From Macrostomum lignano (Eukaryota): a DNA stretch of 64,000 bases. Location of the stretch: assembly GCA_002269645.1 (NCBI GenBank), contig NIVC01001313.1, positions 248,001 through 312,000 on the forward strand. Reading direction: 5' to 3'. Positions 1 through 6,760 of the stretch are shown here, piece by piece. A model generated the notes under the pieces. It was not told the origin of the DNA and made no database searches. It saw only the letters and a list, made by a program, of their open reading frames with translations. The translations under genes and the position numbers were made by a program. How positions within the stretch are numbered: position 1 is the stretch's first letter; each line of letters begins with the position of its first letter.

Positions 1-431
1 ATTACTGGACAGCCTAATGTTCGCACCATACCATGATTTGTTCACAATTGAAATTTGGCCTTCCTGTGAACGCTCAATGCAAATCATCGCATTATCGTCT
101 TGCTCATATTTTAGAGCGGCGATGATTGCATCAACCACTTCGTTGGCTGTTGATAGCCCCGCGGCGAGAGAAACCGACGCAAACTGTTTATACGTGGAGG
201 CGGGTTTTTCTCTCACCTCAATGTCAATCACTTCATCCTCGGAGCGTTGGTCAGGACATCAACCATTCGATTATCGGGGACGGTTTTGAATTCTTTACAA
301 AAGTAGATCCGTTCGATGCAGACTTCATGATTCGGAAAGTGGAGGGTGTCGGGCAAATTAATGCTATAATGTGCCGAATTATTCTCAGGATAGTGCTCAA
401 CGCACGCATTGCTAGGTAGGAATAGATGCAT
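1..431 (-). CDS. Polinton minor capsid protein (penton), N-terminal part, one -1 frameshift near 231-258, runs off the window start
   Basis: MHLFLPSNACVEHYPENNSAHYSINLPDTLHFPNHEVCIERIYF matches the Polinton penton N-terminal pattern (L-x-LPSN...P-x-N...LP...EV); a second frame (SEDEVIDIEVREKP...) is open from about 243 to base 1. Confidence 0.75.
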
Positions 432-465
432 TGTAATATACTACACGTTTCGAGTGTATGTGTGT

Positions 466-1537
466 TCATCCTTGTCTTATATTTATAACTTCCTCAACTG
501 GTACAAATGCATTGAACGACTCGGGATAGCCGCGCCAACTAACGAAATGATGAGCGACACCATTGATGATGACATTGCGACGCAGAATTTTGTCTATAAC
601 AAAGCGTCCGGTCGAACCGTCTTTGAAAGTTCATTATAGTAGAATCGACCCTCGATTTGTTCTCCAGATAGGTCGGAAATGCGATAAAAATGAGGCGGTC
701 CCGGGCATACTTGAGACACAACGTAAACTTCTTCGCTGTACAATCGTATGCTTCCTTGTCAAAGGCTCGACGAGATTTTGAAATTCTGACAAAGTCCCCT
801 TTTTGGTAAACTGGTTCATCATATTCAGGATCCTTGTAGAGCTTTTCCCACAATTCTTTTTGATTGTGCAGACCGACACTCGAAGGTTTCATATCAATAG
901 TAGAGTGTACTGTGTTGTTGTAACTTTTAACCAATATTGGCAAATAGTCGATCCAACGCCACGTGTTTTTATGCTCAAAGTAGCGAGCTAAACGTTTTCG
1001 GAGAGTCCTAATCAGCCTTTCAGCCATATTTGCCTTGTATACAGAGTTTGTACTGTACATTTTGATATTATGGGCTTTCAGTAAGTTCTGCATGCGATTG
1101 TTATAAAACTCGGTACCTCGATCAACGTGTAGATATAAAGGCTTAATGGGGAAGTCTTTGATCATGCTTTCAAAAGCCTTTGGAGTGTCGCTTTTCAATT
1201 TTATTGACTGACAAAAAGCCAATTTACTAAGCACGTCAATTGCAACTAGAATATATCGATGACCATCATTCCATTGTTCGTATCGTGACATGTCCACCAA
1301 ATCCGCTTGCACAGTTTCCATGAAGCCTCCCGACATTACTTTTCCGGTTCGGAATTTTCTTTTAACCCTCTTGTGCCGGGTGTAGCTCGATTGGGTCTTC
1401 AGCCATTCGTCGGTTTGGCGTCTCGTCAGGGAGGGGACCAGCCGTTTGGCCTCCTGATATACACGGGCAGCATTTGTAAAAGCGGCGTCCCCCTGTTCGT
1501 ACACTCTCCGAAGAGCGGTTTTCACCCTCATTCGCAA
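466..1537 (-). CDS. Polinton retroviral-type (rve, DDE) integrase with C-terminal chromodomain; two -1 frameshifts (about 742 and 603)
   Basis: QADLVDM, DRGTEF, MAER DDE motifs and YNNTVHSTI. Shifted frames give YSEEVYVVSQV...GRFYYNEL and FVIDKILRR...HFVSWRGYPESFNAFVPVEEV (chromodomain), stop TGA at 468-466. Confidence 0.92.
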
Positions 1538-1787
1538 CTAGAGTCGATGCACAGCATGAGTAATTACACTTGAACTCCACAGACGGTTTGTCTGAGCAAA
1601 GCTTTGAAGTTACAGCTGCGACCCATGATCCAAAAACAGATTATAAATCATGAAAATGATTTCTATTTATAGTTTTTTTAACGTCTCGTATTTTACTGCT
1701 GGTTTCTGCCGCCTCTTTGGTTCGCGAAGTTGGTATGAAGCATGCCTGTAGGCATCGCTGCCACGATCTTCATATTTTTTATTTCAT

Positions 1788-2338
1788 TCAGGCCACTGGC
1801 TTGGTCTTTGTGGAAGTCGTGTAGAAATCATTAGTTCCAATTGCTTGCTCGACTAAAAAATCGTCTCGATCCGGATCCGTGCCGACTTCTTTTTTCACAC
1901 TGACTTCTTCTTGTTGGCGTCGTCCTAGTAGAGCTTTTGCAATATCTGCCTCTTCGGCCAGGGCCCAAAAAGCGGTACTATATTTGGGCTTGGGCGGTCG
2001 CGCCTTTCATTCGATGTAATCTCCTTCAATAGATCGAAAATATTGCTTCCTGGCCAGGTTTTTCCATCAAATACAATTTCCCACGACTTGTTGTACTCCA
2101 AATTTGGGTATCTTTCTGTCAGCATGTCCCAAACACGTTGTTGTCGTTCAGGAAAACGATTACTCTTCTTTTGCTTGATCTGACTTAGTTTATTTTGGAG
2201 TTGAGTGTTGTATTCAATGAGTTTTTCATATTCTGTTTTGGATGCAATTTCTCGGGGTGCGCCTTGACTTAGTCTATTAAATTCTTCTTCTGGTACAACA
2301 ACGTATTTATTCATTTTAGCGACCAAGTAGTCCGCCAA
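1788..2338 (-). CDS. Conserved Polinton-associated hypothetical protein; -1 frameshift in a T5 run near 1970
   Basis: WEIVFDGKTWPGSNIFDLL motif recurrent in Polinton ORFs that lie next to the pX-like gene; the shifted frame continues FWALAEEADIAKALLG... to TGA at 1790-1788. Confidence 0.55.
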
Positions 2339-2672
2339 ACAGGCTTGATATTAGCGGTGCAGCAACGGATGCAAGGATGGGTAGAAAACCACCGACTTGA
2401 GGATTCGAGAGACGCATATTCTTCTTCCTATTTATAGACAATTTTGTGTCTGCCAATTCACGCAACGATCTTCTGTATCGCTTTAATCGCAGATACTGTT
2501 TCGGAGAAAGATCGATATTTCCCCGGAGCACGTTGTGACTCAATTCACAGAGACAATGAATCAGTTCCTTGCCTGCACCTCGAATAATGGCCCGCCGAAG
2601 AGTGGGACGGGCTTTGGCGAGCTCTGCGAGCTCGCCGCGACAAGAACATAGTCTGGAGATTCCGTTTGTCAT
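2316..2672 (-). CDS. Adenovirus pX-like basic core protein with hydrophobic C-terminal tail
   Basis: Basic body (LIHCLCELSHNVLRGNIDLSPKQYLRLKRYRRSLR) then QVGG|FLPILASVAAPLISSLFGGLLGR, resembling the adenovirus pX tail GGFLPAL; probable start MTNG at 2672. Confidence 0.75.
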   Translation of the reverse strand: MTNGISRLCSCRGELAELAKARPTLRRAIIRGAGKELIHCLCELSHNVLRGNIDLSPKQYLRLKRYRRSLRELADTKLSINRKKNMRLSNPQVGGFLPILASVAAPLISSLFGGLLGR

Positions 2673-2812
2673 TTTGTTTAGCAAAAAGATGTTGGTTGCA
2701 GTGCACTGCAATTTATGCACAATATATTTATAGACAATTTCATAGCAGCTTGTACGTACATACAAATTCGGTACAGTGGTAAAGCAGTAAAGTTACGCAA
2801 CAGCTACATGGA

Positions 2813-3301
2813 TTAGACATGCAAAACGCTAGTCACATGATCGTACATTTGACAGAGCTCTTTAAAGTTTCGTATTCCAAGGAAAACAAGGCGGCCATTC
2901 TTTCCGCATAATAAACATTTAGCATTGCGAAATGGAGACTTTATTACTATTCCATTGAAAACTTCACACTCCCACTTCACCCAGCGGGACCCGGAGTATG
3001 CAATTTGGAAAAAATTTGGCAATCTGTCTACTTCAGCGCGGTAAGTACTAGTGGTAACAACAACAGAAATTGGTTTACATTGAGGAAAAAGACGCAAAAC
3101 TTGGTTGACTGAGCGACAACCGAATACAATTGCAGACAAAGAACGCTGAAAAAAGTTGATTGTACATTTTCCTATTCGCAAATTGATAAGAGCTCTTGGT
3201 CTGCAAAATGTCCGTGCGCTCGCCCAGTCCAAGTCGGGCATGCGGCTCCGTTTCGCGCAAAACACTCGGTTCACACACTCGACGTTCTGCAAGTAGATTT
3301 T
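2813..3301 (-). CDS. Candidate TATA-binding-protein (TBP)-like protein
   Basis: Manual alignment to the TBP core: KIYLQNVECVN vs PQLQNIVSTVN; ALINLRIGKCTINFF...FGCRSVNQ vs AVIMRIREPRTTALIF...TGAKSEEQ; WECEVFNGIVIK vs YEPELFPGLIYR; NGRLVFLGIRNFKELCQMYDHVTSVL vs [26 protein letters not shown]. No ATG upstream of the first motif in this frame. Confidence 0.6.
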   Translation of the reverse strand, partial: KIYLQNVECVNRVFCAKRSRMPDLDWASARTFCRPRALINLRIGKCTINFFQRSLSAIVFGCRSVNQVLRLFPQCKPISVVVTTSTYRAEVDRLPNFFQIAYSGSRWVKWECEVFNGIVIKSPFRNAKCLLCGKNGRLVFLGIRNFKELCQMYDHVTSVLHV

Positions 3302-4023
3302 TCGGCAGTTTTTACTTTCGTATCCTTCTTGGGGGCTTTCGACCGCTTCTTTGATTCGTTGGCTGCTACTAGTTTCGATTGATGCTGTCGCTTTCTGGCC
3401 TGATTTTTAGGCACCTTTGGCTGCTTCTCCTTGACAAGCTTTGGTGGTTTCTTTGCTTTCTTGCTTACTTTCTTGGCGCCTACCTTGATTTTTGGAGGTG
3501 GCGTCCAATAGCAACGATCGAATGCCTGTTTGGCTTCTTCGACAAACTGTAGCTGTTGAATTTTTGGCATTGCGGTCAAAACAGCGTCTCGAATCACGGC
3601 CGTGTCGAGAGTAAACAGAATCCTGTAGTAGCCGCTCTTGTTTTTGTAATCCTCTACAGGCAGTCCGTTTTGGTCGTACATTTTAAAGTCGTGAGCCAGC
3701 CCAAACGCTGCACTGTCACCTCCAAACGCTGGGTTGTAGCCCAGCAGAGCTAGACTTTCGCTGGAAAGGTGCTCCGCCACAGTGTTGAAAGTGTAGGGTA
3801 TGCAGCTTTCAATGTGTTTTTGTGCAATGATGATGAATTCGCGACCTTCGTTGTCAGTACGCACGCCCTTGACGATCAAAACAGGGACCGCATTGGCCAA
3901 GTAGAGAGGTCCCTGTTCGTCATATTCAATGTCAAACGTTTCAACCCCGTTGAAGCTCGGACCTCGCGGTTTGAGTGCCAGCAGCTCTCGCTTGACGCAG
4001 TTGAAGTCTTGCACTGTCTCCAT
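3271..4023 (-). CDS. Candidate OB-fold single-stranded DNA-binding protein (T7 gp2.5/NCLDV type) with Lys-rich tail
   Basis: Pattern FDIEYDEQGPLYL...P...GV and FKMYDQNG...GYYRILFTLD...KIQQLQFVEE fits viral SSB strands; tail KKVSKKAKKPPKLVKEKQPK. Confidence 0.55.
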   Translation of the reverse strand: METVQDFNCVKRELLALKPRGPSFNGVETFDIEYDEQGPLYLANAVPVLIVKGVRTDNEGREFIIIAQKHIESCIPYTFNTVAEHLSSESLALLGYNPAFGGDSAAFGLAHDFKMYDQNGLPVEDYKNKSGYYRILFTLDTAVIRDAVLTAMPKIQQLQFVEEAKQAFDRCYWTPPPKIKVGAKKVSKKAKKPPKLVKEKQPKVPKNQARKRQHQSKLVAANESKKRSKAPKKDTKVKTAEKSTCRTSSV

Positions 4024-4223
4024 GTCTCTTGTCTGTTTAGAAAAATTTGCAGGTACGGGCGCTTGCAGACTAACTAACTAAGATAAGTGCTCCGGCGCCT
4101 CAGCCATTGAAATAGGCTCTTACGCCACTAGACTAAATGAGTTTCCTACTAGGGAGTGTACTAATGTACACTAAAAGCCAAGTTAGACTATAGAGGACTG
4201 TACAGGGCTGAATAAAAAAAACC

Positions 4224-4380
4224 AAACCTCCCCGGGGGACAGTGACAGCGGAACGACATACCAGTCAGGAAGCCCGTGCCCAAAAACCAGGTTTGATAGA
4301 CTCCAGCCTATTAGGGGTGGCCCGAAGGCCTAGAGCCGTGGCTACCATGCTGGGGCCGACCGCCCACCACCCCCGGGTAC
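4224..4380 (-). ncRNA. Structured RNA domain, unit B (157 nt)
   Basis: Closing stem CCCGGGGG/CCCCCGGG, GGCC-UUCG-GGCC hairpin, same conserved blocks as unit A; followed by a T8 run. Confidence 0.6.
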
Positions 4381-4387
4381 AAATCAT

Positions 4388-4539
4388 AAACCTCCCCGAG
4401 GCTAGAGGGAGAAGAGTGAACCATTCAGGGGAGCCCGTGCCTTCTCCTGGGTTAGATAGGCCAAAAATACCGGTCATAAGACCGCCCCCACGGCCGTGGC
4501 AACCCGAAGGAGCCTCCCCCCCAACTAAACCCCGGGTAC
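4388..4539 (-). ncRNA. Structured RNA domain, unit A (152 nt)
   Basis: Closing stem CCCGGGG/CCUCGGG, C(UUCG)G hairpin, conserved blocks shared with unit B. Confidence 0.6.
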
Positions 4540-4946
4540 TCTTGCCAACAGACAGTCTCTTATCTTTGAAGCGGCAGGAGGGCTAATCGCCGGGACTATT
4601 TCACCCTTTGCTTCGCCAACCCGCCATTTCTATTATGACCGTGCCAACGGTCTCGTCCTGCTCAGACTCAGTCCTGGTTCTGGCACACTCCAGCTTTAAT
4701 AGGGTCGCTGGCTGTACGCTCAGAGGGCGCCTGAGGGATACCGTCAGAGCACCTTGGTACAGGTATAGGCCTGCCTTCCTATACAGCTACCCACAGCCCC
4801 TCCCGATCCACTATTACCCTCCAACCCAGCCTACTCACTCATTACAAGCTTTCAGCCAGGCAGAGACAAGTTTCACAGAAGTGACTGCGGTTAGGCGTCT
4901 CTATGCGAGACAAAACCATGTACGGGCGCTTGCAGATGCTCCGGGC

Positions 4947-4994
4947 TGGTGCTTATATACCCGAGAGTCTCAATAAGTTTTTGTTTTAATTACA
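4947..4994 (-). promoter_or_regulatory. Stop codon plus TATA-box segment, copy 1 (TATATAAG at 4959-4952), upstream of the SSB-like gene
   Basis: 48-bp identity with 5742-5789; both copies lie between a stop codon and the next minus-strand gene. Confidence 0.6.
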
Positions 4995-5273
4995 CGATAA
5001 CGAGCTTTTTACAGAGTTGTCGTTATCGAGGATTCCGGAAAAAATGAACCTTTTGTTCCTATTTTCGGGTGCTGGCGTTGGAGGTGTGCTGAAATCCTTG
5101 CTCCAAGTTGCTGGTAGTTCAAGCTTTGGCGGCCTGTTCCTCTTGTGCTTGGGCAGCCAAAAATTCCAAATCTTTTGTTGCTCCTCCCACGACGGATTAT
5201 ACAGATCTTGATGGTTCCGAAAACGTATTTTTTGGCGATGCTCTTCACTTAGTATCGGAGCCAGTACGTTTAT
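4986..5273 (-). pseudogene. Small Polinton ORF X1 (open frame without ATG), paralog of 5781-5984
   Basis: Translates ...NFWLPKHKRNRPPKLELPATWSKDFSTPPTPAP...FSGILDNDNSVKSSLSCN*; several differences from X2 are synonymous or conservative. Confidence 0.5.
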
Positions 5274-5336
5274 CTAATTGATTCTATTAGATTCTATTAG
5301 ATTCTATTAGATTCTATTAGATTCTATTTATCTAAT

Positions 5337-5624
5337 CTATCGGAGCCTGTGTAGTCTTGTGGCTCGTAATCTCTCCATTCGTGCTAAATCAGCTTTGAAT
5401 CTCATTTTGTCCCGTAGTTGCTCATTTATCCTGGCTGCTGCGTAGTCTTGGCTGTCGTAGGGGCCTTGATCAATTTCCTCGACCTTGGCATTGAAGGTGA
5501 CTAATCGCTCGGAAATCGGTTTGCTGTGGCAAATGCACAACCAGTCAGCAGATTTTTTCAAGGCCTCATATTCGTCTTTTTCCTCGTTCGATAATAGGGG
5601 GTAGTCTCCGGAAATCCAGCTCAT
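5337..5624 (-). CDS. Small Polinton hypothetical protein (95 aa)
   Basis: ATG-initiated ORF downstream of the TATA copy at 5754-5747; no family recognised. Confidence 0.5.
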   Translation of the reverse strand: MSWISGDYPLLSNEEKDEYEALKKSADWLCICHSKPISERLVTFNAKVEEIDQGPYDSQDYAAARINEQLRDKMRFKADLARMERLRATRLHRLR

Positions 5625-5741
5625 TTCTTGTCAAGCACTTGCTGCGTTGTTCGCACTAGTGGTGGGGATGTTATTCGAGCTTGAAAAACTGCCGAGAATC
5701 CGAAAAAAAATTTGCAAGTACGGGTGCTTGGTGCCCCGGGT

Positions 5742-5789
5742 TGGTGCTTATATACCCGAGAGTCTCAATAAGTTTTTGTTTTAATTACA
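5742..5789 (-). promoter_or_regulatory. Stop codon plus TATA-box segment, copy 2 (TATATAAG at 5754-5747)
   Basis: 48-bp identity with 4947-4994. Confidence 0.6.
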
Positions 5790-5984
5790 AGTTAACGAGC
5801 TTTTTACGGTGTTGTCGTTATCGAGGATTCCAGAAAAAATGAGACTTGTACCTATTTTCGGTGCTGGCGTTGGAGGTGTGTTGAAATCCTTGCTCAAAGT
5901 TGTTGGCAGTTCATGCTTTGTCGGTCTGATCCTCTTGTGCTTTGGCAACCAAAAATTGCTTGTCAAACACTGCGTTTTCCACAT
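5781..5984 (-). CDS. Small Polinton ORF X2 (67 aa)
   Basis: NFWLPKHKRIRPTKHELPTTLSKDFNTPPTPAP...FSGILDNDNTVKSSLTCN*, paralog of X1. Confidence 0.5.
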   Translation of the reverse strand: MWKTQCLTSNFWLPKHKRIRPTKHELPTTLSKDFNTPPTPAPKIGTSLIFSGILDNDNTVKSSLTCN

Positions 5985-6216
5985 GATTGGGTTGTTAATT
6001 GAACTTGGTGAATTTAGATAAACGGCCGAGAATCCAAATTTTCTTATTTATAGTTTGCTGTCTGAACAAAATTGGTTTGGCATTTACGAGAATATTTCAT
6101 GCATAGAAGTTTGTGTTTTCAGACCTTGATGACGTGTCTGGCTATAAAGTTAGCATTGTGGCTCGACCGGGTTGTTGCGTAACACTGCTGCTGGTAGCTA
6201 TAGCAGCCAGCGCAGG

Positions 6217-6299
6217 GCAGAGGGGTGGATAGCGGCGATTTACAGCGGCTGACTGACTCATCATGCCTCCGCGTGGGGCCGCCAATTAATTGTGGGAGG
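6217..6299 (+). repeat. 83-bp perfect direct repeat, copy 1, directly upstream of TATAAATA (6300-6307) of the virion cassette
   Basis: Identical to 9366-9448; contains an AP-1-like TGACTCA. Confidence 0.95.
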
Positions 6300-6348
6300 T
6301 ATAAATAAAGAAGTTTTCACGAATAAAAGGTAGCAACTGATCGACAAT

Positions 6349-6717
6349 ATGCCTTCAATCTTGATCGGAGGAGCTTTACCGGTATTTTCCGGTGCACAGC
6401 GCGGCAACGGCCTGTTTGGCAGCATTGCCCGATTTGCCCTGCCAATTTTAAAGAGTTTTGGCAAAAATATTCTTCGCCACGGAACACGAGCCCTAGCTAC
6501 AACAGTTAGCGACACACTCGATCAAGGCGGGAACTTGAAAGAAGCAGCATTGCGTAACTCTGTCCAGGCAGCTAAAGATGCTTTCAAGGACACAGTCGCA
6601 CAACGTGGTAGCGGCAGACAAAGACGAAGAAAGATGACTAGCAAAAAAACGAGAAAAAGACTGCAGCATTCTGATATTTTCGACTCTATAAATAAAAAAG
6701 CCCGTGCCAATAACTGA
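6349..6717 (+). CDS. Adenovirus pVII-like core/DNA-condensing protein
   Basis: LIGG|A adenain consensus, QRGNG and QRGSG motifs, Arg/Lys-rich tail RQRRRKMTSKKTRKR; lies upstream of MCP. Confidence 0.7.
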   Translation: MPSILIGGALPVFSGAQRGNGLFGSIARFALPILKSFGKNILRHGTRALATTVSDTLDQGGNLKEAALRNSVQAAKDAFKDTVAQRGSGRQRRRKMTSKKTRKRLQHSDIFDSINKKARANN

Positions 6718-6760
6718 TTTGTCTATTAGAGCACCACACTAAGCCGCTGTTGAAAGAAAA

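Larger units (their letters stand above)
4070..4919 (-). mobile_element. 850-bp non-coding retroposed element (SINE-like, or the 3' UTR of a truncated LINE) with 17-bp TSD and (TTAG)n tail
   Basis: gtacgggcgcttgcaga repeated at 4053-4069 and 4920-4936; minus-strand 3' end reads CTTAGTTAGTTAG; the paralogous uninterrupted site is present at 5707-5760. Confidence 0.85.

Noticed and set aside
4446-4459. CTAACCC (telomerase-template-like) in RNA unit A
   Set aside because: Unit B has CAAACCT at the same position, so the template sequence is not conserved; 7 nt can occur by chance.
4140-4565. Group I intron R/S-like words (AGAGACTG, TATAGTC) and a CrPV-IRES-like CAGGAAGCCC
   Set aside because: Only short matches, no P7 pairing could be built, and a 17-bp TSD is not expected for group I intron insertion.
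4986-5010. C-terminal VKSSLSCN resembling the adenovirus pVIc protease cofactor (penultimate Cys)
   Set aside because: Lacks the basic KRRR stretch and an upstream protease site; similarity too weak.
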